This document shows positions 9,647-19,082 of a stretch of 64,000 bases of DNA, in pieces. Position numbers and translations under genes: made by a program. Where the stretch lies: positions 143,030-207,029 of IMG/VR virus record IMGVR_UViG_3300042387_000948; one strand, written 5' to 3'. The stretch's first letter is position 1. Every line of letters begins with the position of its first letter. The notes under the pieces are model-generated. The model had not been told where the DNA came from. It ran no database searches and saw only the letters and a program-made list of their open reading frames with translations.

Positions 9647-10517
9647 ATGCTAATAAGTGATAGTATTCTTTGAAGTGTTTGATTCTGTCTGCCAAACCAA
9701 TTGTACCTCCGTTTACTCTTTTAGTAATCTTTGTTACAACTGCATCCGAACTTCCTTCATCTGCCATCTTATGTAATCCATTTTTAGAAAAAAACCAAGC
9801 TGCTGATAATAATGCATATGGACCAGCTACTTTATCCTGATTAACTGTCATATCTTCACCAATTGATTTACCAAATGCAGTATAATTTTCTTTTCCAGTC
9901 AATTGGATATATCCTCTTCCTCTGAATTTGTATCCCTCTCCACTACTTTCAGGTCCGTTACCCATTCTACCACCATATACTCTATTTGCAATCTTTTCCG
10001 GCTTTCTTTCGTAAGCTGCTGCTAATGCTGAAGTTGGGAAGTACTTTTTGAATATACCCATCAAACCTTTTGCAGAATAGTTTAGGTTTTCTTGCGTTGC
10101 ACGGAATCCTCCACTTTCGTGTCCACATTGTGCTAAGAAGTGTGCTAATCTTAACGGTGTATTGATACCGAACTTTGCAGCAGTATCAGGAATCATTGCA
10201 ATTACATTATCAGGAATATGACCTTTTAATTTTGCCAAATTCAATCCAGCTACACTTACCACCGGTGTAGATGAAACAGGTTGTGGTGCAGGTACAGTAG
10301 CGGTTGGTTGTGCTACTGGTTTTGGAATTTGGGTAACTCCCATAATTTTGTTCCAAGTATTAGGTCCAACAATACCATCGGCAGTTAAACCATTCTTTGC
10401 TTGCCATGCTTTTACAGCATCTTCCGTTTTAGGACCGAAGTTACCAATTGGTTCTAAACCCAATTTGGCTTGTAACTTCTTAACATCTTCGTTATTATCG
10501 CCTCTTTTTAATAACAT
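9645..10517 (-). CDS. Modular endolysin: peptidoglycan-binding domain plus GH19 lysozyme
   Basis: LKRG...VKKLQ...FGPKT...WQ...GLTADGIVGPNTW; AHFLAQCGHESGGF, ENLNYS, FRGRGYIQLTG, NGGTIGLADR. Confidence 0.93.
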   Translation of the reverse strand: MLLKRGDNNEDVKKLQAKLGLEPIGNFGPKTEDAVKAWQAKNGLTADGIVGPNTWNKIMGVTQIPKPVAQPTATVPAPQPVSSTPVVSVAGLNLAKLKGHIPDNVIAMIPDTAAKFGINTPLRLAHFLAQCGHESGGFRATQENLNYSAKGLMGIFKKYFPTSALAAAYERKPEKIANRVYGGRMGNGPESSGEGYKFRGRGYIQLTGKENYTAFGKSIGEDMTVNQDKVAGPYALLSAAWFFSKNGLHKMADEGSSDAVVTKITKRVNGGTIGLADRIKHFKEYYHLLA

Positions 10518-10531
10518 TTCTTAAATATTGT

Positions 10532-10957
10532 TTAATTAGTGGTTGTAACTTCTTCTTTTTCCTCACCAAATGATATTACCTCAAAAACACGAGTTTGTAT
10601 CTTTTTAGTTCCGGTTGCGTTTGTTAATATGATTGAATTCTTAAACTTAGGCCAATCAATTACAAAATTGGAGTTCAATACCCCACCATTCTCCTCTTTA
10701 ACTAATTCGTTAAGAGCATTAATTGTGTATAAGGTATTAGATTCCTTTTTTCTATGTATTAATATAGTGTTTTCTAACGGAGTTGCCGGTTGAAAAGCTG
10801 TATCTATGTTGTATGTAATAAACAATTCCTCTAAATTGGATTTGTTTTGTAGAATATAAATATAGTTGTAAACTATATGATATATTTCTCTAATTTGTTG
10901 TAGAGTGTTTTGTAACTCTTCTTTTGTTGTAAACGTGCAAAGTAACTGTGTCTTCAT
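10532..10957 (-). CDS. Hypothetical protein co-transcribed with the endolysin
   Basis: Clean ORF with upstream TATTTAT motif; no transmembrane segment, so not a typical holin. Confidence 0.6.
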   Translation of the reverse strand: MKTQLLCTFTTKEELQNTLQQIREIYHIVYNYIYILQNKSNLEELFITYNIDTAFQPATPLENTILIHRKKESNTLYTINALNELVKEENGGVLNSNFVIDWPKFKNSIILTNATGTKKIQTRVFEVISFGEEKEEVTTTN

Positions 10958-11023
10958 CTATCCTTCTTTGTAATTCTTATTCATAAATAAATATTAAATT
11001 ACAAATGAAACATAGTTTTGGAG

Positions 11024-13255
11024 TTATTTTTTAGCTTTACTCTGCAAACAATCTCTGATATCTTTACCAAAATAACTTGCTACTTTTTGAGTAGTACCTG
11101 CGGTTCTCCACTGGTCATTAAATAATTCAACCTCCTTACCCTCATTCATTACACTTACCTTTTCACCACCAGGTGTTACTCTTGATTTTTTCAAAAGATG
11201 TTCTTTAAGTCCATTTTTACCTTCAGATGTACTTAAATCACCATTGTATCCACTTTGTTCAGCTATACAATTTCTAATCATAGATGGTTTTACGCCATTA
11301 AAACCCATTTGTATTAACATTGCATCATCATCCGCATCATCTAAATCTATGTAAGTTCCCAAATGCATTGCATCCATTACACCAGAAATATAAGCTTGGG
11401 TATGCTTCCCATTATCTGCATTTGGCTTTGTATCAGGATGATACCCATCAGGCTCATCATCTTTAAACAATTGATTAGTTACTTCGGTATGAACGGCGGT
11501 TACAATATCTTTTTCAGTTTGCTTTATAGCTTTAGTTTCATCATTTACACCAAATTCTCCTAATTTAATTGCTATTTTTCCAAATGGTTCATATGGTAAT
11601 CCTATTTGACCTAATGATTTAATAGGACCAACTTCGTTTCCATTATCATCTTTATAAAAAGTTCCCTCATCTTTTTCTACAATACGTGAATTTCCTTGCT
11701 CATCATATAATCTACTATTAGAATATTCGTTCATTAATTCTAATTTTTTGGAAGTGGGTAAATTTTTCCAATCTTTTACTTTAGATTGGATGTATTTTGA
11801 AAATCTATGTTTACCATCGGTGGCAATGCCATCCAATACATTCATATAGTTTTTCATTTTTGGAGATTCACACGCACTAACTACCAAATCATCAATTTTA
11901 ATTTTAGCTTGACTTTTTACAGTAGCTGCTGCAGCATTTGATACTTTTTGAATTCCCTCTTCAATTGTATTAGAAACCCCAACTGATACATCATCCCCAA
12001 ATTTAATTTGCATTAATCTTAATCTTTGTGCTGGAGTTGTGTTGTTTTGTGGGTCTTTAACTTCTGAATCTTTTTTATTTGAAATACTAACTATTGCGGT
12101 TCTTCCATTTTTATCCTTTCCTATTGCAAATGTATCGTGATAACTTTTAAATTTTTTAAATAATTTTAATTGATGTGCATAATATTGCTTATCATCACCT
12201 TCGGATTTTACAACCATATCTTCTAAGTGAGCTTGAACTGCATCATTTAATTCTGTCGTTGATTGTACAACTTTATGTGGTTGTGAAGTATCTAATTTAG
12301 ATTCATTTAATCTGTTAATGGTTGATAACCCACCGGCATATGCAGCTCGCATCCATTCCATATACGCTTTTTCATTATTATCAAAACCTGTTTTTCCTGG
12401 TTTACTAAATACACTATCCGAATCCGATTGTGCTTTTTGTAAATTAACTTCCGCAAATACTTCTCTTTCGGCTAATATTGTTAAAAATTCATCACTATCT
12501 GATTTTAATCCCAATGATATAGCAAATTTTTTCTCTTCAACATTTAATTTTTTTCCTATTAATTCTTTTGTTTTTGTTTGTATTTTTTCTGAATTTTCTT
12601 TTTTAAATTCATCTAAATTATTAATTGAATTGCAGTATTTAGATTCACCCTCACTAGCCACAGGACCACCAGCCCCAGCTATACCTTTTTCTCTATTTAA
12701 TTCAACCTCATTTTGGTATTTAGTTATTGTATCAAAATTACCTTCATTTAAGTCATTAACAATTTCTTGTTGAGTAGGTCCATTAGGTGCATCTTTATAA
12801 TTTTTATTTTTGGTATCAAATCCACTTCTATCAACATTTGTAGCTTCTTCTTTTGATTTGGGTTGCTCTTTTGATTGAGGTTCTGCTTTTGGTTTTGGTG
12901 TTTGCTCCTCACCACCTCTTTGTGATTGGTAATCACCACCAAACAAATCCGAACCTGCTACTTTTTTAGGTTTATCTTCATCATCGGCTTTCATTGTGTG
13001 AGTTCCATCTTTTACAGCCGCATCTCTTGCTTCCTTTGATTTAAATACGGAAGTTTTACCTGTATCTTTTTTGGTTGCGGTAAATGTATCATCCGCTTCC
13101 ATTAAATTTTTTAATAGTTCGTGTTTTATTTCACCCAACCCCATTTCGGTTAATACTAAAGATAGTTCGGTTAAATGTTTTGAGTTCTTTGGATTTGGCA
13201 TACCATTATCCACTCTATAAGCCCACTCTTCTAATATATTGTTAATTAAAGACAT
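11024..13255 (-). CDS. Putative internal head protein, possibly with a PD-(D/E)xK-like domain
   Basis: N-terminal segment ends LME-ADD, the same junction as 8455..9576; charged linker; E...HDT...ISNKK pattern. Confidence 0.4.
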   Translation of the reverse strand: MSLINNILEEWAYRVDNGMPNPKNSKHLTELSLVLTEMGLGEIKHELLKNLMEADDTFTATKKDTGKTSVFKSKEARDAAVKDGTHTMKADDEDKPKKVAGSDLFGGDYQSQRGGEEQTPKPKAEPQSKEQPKSKEEATNVDRSGFDTKNKNYKDAPNGPTQQEIVNDLNEGNFDTITKYQNEVELNREKGIAGAGGPVASEGESKYCNSINNLDEFKKENSEKIQTKTKELIGKKLNVEEKKFAISLGLKSDSDEFLTILAEREVFAEVNLQKAQSDSDSVFSKPGKTGFDNNEKAYMEWMRAAYAGGLSTINRLNESKLDTSQPHKVVQSTTELNDAVQAHLEDMVVKSEGDDKQYYAHQLKLFKKFKSYHDTFAIGKDKNGRTAIVSISNKKDSEVKDPQNNTTPAQRLRLMQIKFGDDVSVGVSNTIEEGIQKVSNAAAATVKSQAKIKIDDLVVSACESPKMKNYMNVLDGIATDGKHRFSKYIQSKVKDWKNLPTSKKLELMNEYSNSRLYDEQGNSRIVEKDEGTFYKDDNGNEVGPIKSLGQIGLPYEPFGKIAIKLGEFGVNDETKAIKQTEKDIVTAVHTEVTNQLFKDDEPDGYHPDTKPNADNGKHTQAYISGVMDAMHLGTYIDLDDADDDAMLIQMGFNGVKPSMIRNCIAEQSGYNGDLSTSEGKNGLKEHLLKKSRVTPGGEKVSVMNEGKEVELFNDQWRTAGTTQKVASYFGKDIRDCLQSKAKK

Positions 13256-13262
13256 TATTTTT

Positions 13263-13907
13263 CTATTTTATTAGGTTATGCTTAACCAATTGTTTGAATA
13301 AGTATTCTGATATCTTCCTATCCGATGGAAAATGTACACCACTTAATTCTCTTACTCTTTTTATTTTGTGATAAAATTTATCTATTTCTTCTGCCGCTTC
13401 GGGTTTTATTTTTCCAAAGTGATATAATGTTACTAAAAAATCTAATGAATGTCCTGATGGGTATGATGCCGAATTTGCATCGGTTGTTACTATTGCATAC
13501 AATTCCAATCCCAATTCTCTTGCCAATTGATATGGTCTTGGGCGGTTGAATTTATCTTTAAGATAAAACAATACCGGGTCTATATCAAAACACCAATTCT
13601 TTACCTGTTCGGTAGTGACATTTAATCCCAATTTTCTACCAGCTAATGCTAAAAAATCGTGATGATTATGCTCTAATAATTTACAAAATTTAAAGTCATC
13701 AGCATCAGCTTTTTTTGTAATTTCAACCAAATATTCTAATTCCTTTTTGGTTTCATCTGATGAATTGGTTGGAAATGGATGATTTTCTAATATATCCTTT
13801 ACTATACCCTTATTAATACAATCCTGTAAGATACCAGCTCTATCAGCTTTTACCTTATCATCTTGCTCTTTGGGTGGATTACCAAATTTTATATCATCCA
13901 AATTCAT
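13263..13907 (-). CDS. PAP2-superfamily phosphatase (soluble, haloperoxidase-like fold)
   Basis: KDKFNRPRP, SYPSGH and RELSGVHFPSD: all three PAP2 motifs. Confidence 0.9.
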   Translation of the reverse strand: MNLDDIKFGNPPKEQDDKVKADRAGILQDCINKGIVKDILENHPFPTNSSDETKKELEYLVEITKKADADDFKFCKLLEHNHHDFLALAGRKLGLNVTTEQVKNWCFDIDPVLFYLKDKFNRPRPYQLARELGLELYAIVTTDANSASYPSGHSLDFLVTLYHFGKIKPEAAEEIDKFYHKIKRVRELSGVHFPSDRKISEYLFKQLVKHNLIK

Positions 13908-13989
13908 ATATATAAGTATTAATTGAAAAGAAACTCATTTCTAATCAAACATTTTGTTGTTGGTATGCTGCGGTTTAAATAACCTATAT

Positions 13990-14619
13990 TTATTTAAATT
14001 TAAATCCGGTCAATTTTTCTATTTGTGTAATCGGTACTTCGTTATTTTGGAATCCATCGGCCGGTGATAAATCATTGTTGAATAGATATGCGTGCCATTT
14101 TCCTGCTACCTGAACTACTTTCCAGCATTGTGTAGGAACTGATACTAACCCTATTTTCTTTGCTTCACCAACTGAACCACTCCATACTCTTACTTTTGAA
14201 CTAATCATTGCCCAATTTCGGGTTGCAGTTTCTAATGATTTCCAATCCCCTGCATTTAATCTATGAGTTTGTGCTACCATATTACTAAAATAGAAACATT
14301 CATCCTGCACCGCTTGAGTTTGACAAAGGTTGTCCGCCGCCGGCATTACATGTCCTCTATCGTATCCACTTTTTAGGTAATAAAATGCAATATTAGTTTC
14401 ATCTACCAATTGTGGGTCAGGTTTAAAGTTATCTTTTCTTTTTAGGGGTGTTGGACAACCTACCATTGCTTTTGTTGTTTCCCATTCCACTAATACTGGG
14501 TATCTTTTTGATTTACTGAAGTGTGTTGTGTAGTTTGTGTGTTTGATTACTACGATGTCTTGTGCTCTTACAACAATTAATGTAAAAAAGAACAATAGAG
14601 ATAAACCTAATTTTTTCAT
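13990..14619 (-). CDS. Secreted DNA/RNA non-specific endonuclease (NucA/Serratia family)
   Basis: Signal peptide MKKLGLSLLFFFTLIVVRA/Q; FKPDP, GYDRGH, SNMVAQ, LNAGDWKSLE motifs. Confidence 0.9.
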   Translation of the reverse strand: MKKLGLSLLFFFTLIVVRAQDIVVIKHTNYTTHFSKSKRYPVLVEWETTKAMVGCPTPLKRKDNFKPDPQLVDETNIAFYYLKSGYDRGHVMPAADNLCQTQAVQDECFYFSNMVAQTHRLNAGDWKSLETATRNWAMISSKVRVWSGSVGEAKKIGLVSVPTQCWKVVQVAGKWHAYLFNNDLSPADGFQNNEVPITQIEKLTGFKFK

Positions 14620-14660
14620 ATGTTATAGTATTGTTTTGTATATACTATAAATATGGTTTT

Positions 14661-15947
14661 CTACACTTTTCCATAATCCAAACCCCAACTTGCTTTGATT
14701 GGAAACCCACCCTCTTCAATGATTTCTTTCAAATCCTTAATCTTATTCTTATCCACATTCGTAGGAACATCAAATAGAAACGAGTCATAAGTATATAAAC
14801 TAAATCCGATTCCACTATTTCTAATGTAATCTAATATCTTTTTCATCTTATCAATGTTCATTTCAGTCTCTAAGGCTTGTAGAAGATAGTTAAACACCTT
14901 TTGTGGATTTGAACCCTCTATCCAACTTAGGGGTATTCTACGATATTTGGTTTGTAGGTATCCGTTTTGTTGTGTTTCAATCCATAATCCATCTATGTAA
15001 TCAGCTACTGCGTTTAGATATGGAATTTGACGGAATGTATCATCGATTCCCCCATATAGTAATTGGAATGTAATACCCTTACCCTCATTTACATCACATC
15101 CATATTGTTCGGCTAACCACTCATGCACATTACCATCCGGCATATCAAACTTAATCAACTTACCAATAAGACGGGGGTGGTATGCATTATAATCCATTTG
15201 TAGGAATATCCCATCGGAAACGAAACACTCCCTACTACCATCCGATTTATTGAGAGCGGCATAGTTCACACCACCATGTCGATTTGAAGGTCTACCCGTT
15301 ACCGTAAATGGATTGTATTCCGTAAACACTTTACTATCATCTGTCAAATGTCTAATAGCTTGATTCCATCTATCAGTAAATTTTTTCCTATCGACCCGAA
15401 TCCCATATCCCTCCATTTCTGAAAGTGTGGGTATGAATGTTTGGTTATACCATCGATATGTGTTAGAATCTGAATTATTGGAATAGTATTTAATGAATTG
15501 TGGTTCTATTACTTCCACAATCTTCATTAAAGGAATGGATTGAATTAAGTCATCTCTATACCCTTTATGAGTTAGCGTTGATAATAAAGGATTTAAAGGT
15601 GCCTCATAATCAATAACCTCACCTGTCCTTACAAAGTATTCCGAATCTACATCATATAGATTTACCGAAACATAAAGAGAGTGTAATATTTTTTTCTTTT
15701 GGAATACCCACTTCTTACCATTGGTATTTAGTATCGATTTAACGTCCGATACTTTGATTGTAAGAGCATCTGCGTGTTGAATTGGTAAAACATACAACTC
15801 ATCCAAACATCGTACCAGTATGAGAGAAAGATTAGTATGAAGAGGATGCTTTGAGTTATCAACCCATAGTGGATACCATATAGATACTTCGGTTTCCAGC
15901 TTATCTTTCAACCAATTTACTTCCTCTATGGATTCTATAACTTTCAT
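14661..15947 (-). CDS. Miniature family-A DNA polymerase-like protein (about 428 aa)
   Basis: TGRPS, motif A MDYNAYHPRL, motif B KGITFQLLYG, NYLLQ, motif C YDS. Start moved to ATG 15947 because the longer ORF start overlaps a promoter and terminator. Confidence 0.8.
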   Translation of the reverse strand: MKVIESIEEVNWLKDKLETEVSIWYPLWVDNSKHPLHTNLSLILVRCLDELYVLPIQHADALTIKVSDVKSILNTNGKKWVFQKKKILHSLYVSVNLYDVDSEYFVRTGEVIDYEAPLNPLLSTLTHKGYRDDLIQSIPLMKIVEVIEPQFIKYYSNNSDSNTYRWYNQTFIPTLSEMEGYGIRVDRKKFTDRWNQAIRHLTDDSKVFTEYNPFTVTGRPSNRHGGVNYAALNKSDGSRECFVSDGIFLQMDYNAYHPRLIGKLIKFDMPDGNVHEWLAEQYGCDVNEGKGITFQLLYGGIDDTFRQIPYLNAVADYIDGLWIETQQNGYLQTKYRRIPLSWIEGSNPQKVFNYLLQALETEMNIDKMKKILDYIRNSGIGFSLYTYDSFLFDVPTNVDKNKIKDLKEIIEEGGFPIKASWGLDYGKV

Positions 15948-15951
15948 TTTA

Positions 15952-15983
15952 CAAAGATACAAAAAAAATCCCACAATTCCAAA
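15952..15983 (-). promoter_or_regulatory. Bacteroidota-type promoter (TTTG-N20-TATCTTTG) for the polymerase gene
   Basis: Exact consensus; ATG lies 4 nt after the TTTG. Confidence 0.8.
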
Positions 15984-15996
15984 TGGAAAAGTGGGA
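15961..15996 (-). terminator. tmRNA terminator overlapping the downstream promoter
   Basis: TCCCACTTTTCC-ATTT-GGAATTGTGGGA followed by a run of T, directly after the CCA end. Confidence 0.7.
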
Positions 15997-15997
15997 G

Positions 15998-16377
15998 TGG
16001 TGGAGATGGCGGGATTCGAACCCGCGTCCAGATAAGTTTCTAATGTAAATCGTTCACAAGTTTAGGATAGTGTTTTATCTTACTAACACTCCAAAAGAAT
16101 TGGGGCCGAATGGTTAATTCAGCAGATTCCACCAATCCATTTTAAGTTTGGATAAACTTAAATGTTCACTTCTTTTTAAATCCCATGAGTGATACGGGAG
16201 CGATTAGGCAGCTACTGCGTAATCGAAAGACTCCATCCATGCCATAGCATCTCCGAAAGTCATTGTAGATAATTCTACGTCTGCACTTATTGTTTGATAG
16301 GTCTTCAAAGGTTTCCATCTAACCTTACTTGCATCAATACAACCAGTCTTCATACCTGTCAAAAGCCGGTCATCCCC
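15998..16377 (-). ncRNA. ssrA: tmRNA, one-piece, 380 nt
   Basis: 5' GGGGATG pairs with 3' CATCTCC-A-CCA including the G3-U70 Ala determinant; T-arm GCGGGTTCGAATCCCGC; tag ORF 16204-16284 ending YAVAA-stop. Confidence 0.95.
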
Positions 16378-16396
16378 ATATTTTAAAGAACTCTTA

Positions 16397-16428
16397 CAAA
16401 TATACGATAAATATTTGTAATTTCCAAA
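16397..16428 (-). promoter_or_regulatory. Bacteroidota-type promoter for tmRNA (TTTG-N20-TATATTTG)
   Basis: Exact consensus ending 19 nt upstream of the mature 5' end. Confidence 0.8.
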
Positions 16429-16782
16429 TTAATACTTATAAAATTGTAAATAGTTTAAAAGATATATTAATATTCCCTTCATTTTGTGTGAGGCTAGTTT
16501 AACTGATTTAAAATTTGATTCTTTTATTTGTTCAATAGTTCCATTTAATCTCCAATCTAATGTAATAGTTGTGTAGAAGGAATTATTGTTTAAATTAGAA
16601 TATGTATTTAAATTAATTTCATATATGACAGAATTTGTATCATTTGTTTTTTGAGCAAAATATCTAGTTATGTACCCTCTCTTATAATCAGTTTCCGAAA
16701 TTATAGGAATGTGTGTATTAATTTTTTTTAAATTATAATCATCTGGTAATTGTACTATTTTTTTATATCTAGTTATATCCAT
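16429..16782 (-). CDS. Hypothetical protein at the end of the baseplate operon
   Basis: Clean ORF downstream of the hub gene. Confidence 0.55.
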   Translation of the reverse strand: MDITRYKKIVQLPDDYNLKKINTHIPIISETDYKRGYITRYFAQKTNDTNSVIYEINLNTYSNLNNNSFYTTITLDWRLNGTIEQIKESNFKSVKLASHKMKGILIYLLNYLQFYKY

Positions 16783-16796
16783 TTTATTTAGGTTTT

Positions 16797-19076
16797 TTAT
16801 GCTGAAGGTAACTGTCTAAAACCACCACTTATTTCAGTTTTCCAAGTCATATCCGTAATTGTATGTTTTACAGATAATACTTGAAAAAACCCACCAGTTT
16901 CATATTGTTCAGGTATTCCTTTAATTCTAAATTTATCTCCCCGCTTTATTCCACTAATACCATGTATTGTAAATGTGAAATTTATTGGAAATAGTATTGA
17001 TACACTTGTTTTATTTAATTTTTCATCCGAACCAACTTTTATTGATTCAAATAAAGCTAAATCATCCAATGATGCTATGTATGATTGGTCTGAAATATTA
17101 TCCGAAACCGTATCTTTTGTTATCATAACTTTGGGAAATATACCAACTTTACTTAAAAATAATTGTAAGTTTTTTTCTTTTAATTTTTCCTCATCTTCAT
17201 CACCTGCAACCGTTGATGGTGTTTTTTTTGGAAATGGTGATGCTTCAGCTCTTTTTATTTCAGTTAGTATTTTATCTTTTAAATTTTTTGCAAAAAGCTT
17301 ACCAGTAACAGGTGGTTGTGATGAATTTACATTATTTGATAATCGTTGACCTATAATTTGATTCATTTTAGCTCCTGATATATTTAAATCCAAAGATGCA
17401 TCCATAAATATTGATTTATTACCATATACATCAAATGCAATTGGTAATTCGGGAACTGCATTATTTTTTAAATTTAAATCTACTACAACTAATTCTGTTA
17501 CTTCTGGATTTTTGGGGTCTGTTGTCTCTATTATTTGATAATCCCAAATTCCACCGGCCGCAGATGCCATTCCATTTAAGATTTGATATAAAGCATCTTT
17601 AACATAAAAATTTTTTGTTTCTAATATACCTTTTACAAAATCAAAATTAACATACAAATCATCTAAAAATCCCCAATGTTCACCAGGAACATTAAGTGAT
17701 TCAATTGTAGAATCTTTATATGATAGAATACCTTTATATGTTTGATTATCAGTTATAGCACCTTTTGATGGGAAATGTATATCCAATGCCTTTCCACCAC
17801 TTGTCCCAATAACACTATTATTTAAAATTTCTTTATATTTTTTTTGTGGCGTTTTGGATTTTATAGCTGCCAATAAATCAAATTTTGGTGTTTTTGGATT
17901 TGGAATGAATAATTTTGATTTATTACAACTAAATATTTTAGGAAATGCACTTACAACAGTTCGTTCGGTATTCACTTGCATTTTTACTTTCTTTCCTCCA
18001 ATAACATAGTGGTCTATACCTATTGCATTTATTATTTTCATTAATGTACCAAATCTAATAAATTTATCAGGTCCAATTATTTCAGTACCAGATGGAAAAC
18101 TTACAGATTCACTACCAACTGTTGCCGAATTTTCAAATATTCCCCATGCCCAACCATCCGTTTGATTGTTCATTTCTTCTCTAACCGATTCATCAAAATT
18201 TATAAAATTGACTACATGTGCAACTTCCTTCGTATCTTTTATTAAACCATATACAGCATCCGTTCTTCTATTTGATGGTAGTTGATTATACATCATCATA
18301 AAACGTTTTAAACCTAAATCTGTTTGAGCTGATATTTCAGCAGGGTCAAACTCATTTGCTGCTTCTTCTAACTCTTCTGGTGTTTGGTCTGGTTTTGTAT
18401 TATCTGCGGCTAAAAAGTATGCAGGTAATTCCGTAAATCCAGTACATTCTACACTTATTTCCCAAAATTGTCCACTTATAGCTATACTACCGCCTGTTAT
18501 AAATCCCAAATAATTATCATATAAACCACCAGTTTCCTCTCTTCGTTGATTTACATTTTTAAAAGATTGATTTTTTGCAACATAAGGAACACTTATTGCC
18601 TCAAACCCATTCATTGCTCTTCTTTCATTCCACCCCCATTCTAAAAATATAGTAAATCCAGGCTCTAAAAAAAATTTACATAATTCATTTAATTGACCCG
18701 GTGTGTATGCAGTTATTGTAAATTTTGCTTTTCTAGAAAGATTACCAGCTCCCTCATCTATTTCTATTGAGGTTACATTTGGCTTTGGTCTAAATGCTAA
18801 ATCATTATAATCTATATAAGGTCTACCATCCCATGTTACTCCAATAGTTCCACTTGATGATTGATTACCATATATAGTACCAATAGACCTATCTCCAGCA
18901 GCTTCAAATATTGTAAAATTAGGATTTGAATATAGTATTAATCCAGAATCAACACCAGAAGCAATTCTAACCCAAGCGTTTAAACCACTAATAGTTTCAA
19001 TTGGGTTTGCAATTCTTCTATCCAATTCCGCTCTAGCGTATGGAGCAACATTTGAAAAATTAGGAAATCCTGACAT
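16797..19076 (-). CDS. Baseplate hub protein (gp27/late control D-like)
   Basis: EPGFTIFLEWGW; C-terminal FTIHGISGIKRGDKFRI...FQVLSVKHTI...WKTEI; follows the LysM gene. Confidence 0.7.
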   Translation of the reverse strand: MSGFPNFSNVAPYARAELDRRIANPIETISGLNAWVRIASGVDSGLILYSNPNFTIFEAAGDRSIGTIYGNQSSSGTIGVTWDGRPYIDYNDLAFRPKPNVTSIEIDEGAGNLSRKAKFTITAYTPGQLNELCKFFLEPGFTIFLEWGWNERRAMNGFEAISVPYVAKNQSFKNVNQRREETGGLYDNYLGFITGGSIAISGQFWEISVECTGFTELPAYFLAADNTKPDQTPEELEEAANEFDPAEISAQTDLGLKRFMMMYNQLPSNRRTDAVYGLIKDTKEVAHVVNFINFDESVREEMNNQTDGWAWGIFENSATVGSESVSFPSGTEIIGPDKFIRFGTLMKIINAIGIDHYVIGGKKVKMQVNTERTVVSAFPKIFSCNKSKLFIPNPKTPKFDLLAAIKSKTPQKKYKEILNNSVIGTSGGKALDIHFPSKGAITDNQTYKGILSYKDSTIESLNVPGEHWGFLDDLYVNFDFVKGILETKNFYVKDALYQILNGMASAAGGIWDYQIIETTDPKNPEVTELVVVDLNLKNNAVPELPIAFDVYGNKSIFMDASLDLNISGAKMNQIIGQRLSNNVNSSQPPVTGKLFAKNLKDKILTEIKRAEASPFPKKTPSTVAGDEDEEKLKEKNLQLFLSKVGIFPKVMITKDTVSDNISDQSYIASLDDLALFESIKVGSDEKLNKTSVSILFPINFTFTIHGISGIKRGDKFRIKGIPEQYETGGFFQVLSVKHTITDMTWKTEISGGFRQLPSA

Positions 19077-19082
19077 AACTTT

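Noticed and set aside
15948-15974. N-terminal extension MGFFLYLCK of the polymerase ORF
   Set aside because: Overlaps the promoter and tmRNA terminator; ATG at 15947 is the better start
15998-16030. Stand-alone tRNA suggested by the GGTTCGAATCCC T-arm and CCA end
   Set aside because: It is the 3' tRNA-like domain of the tmRNA; the matching 5' acceptor strand lies about 380 nt away with a tag ORF between
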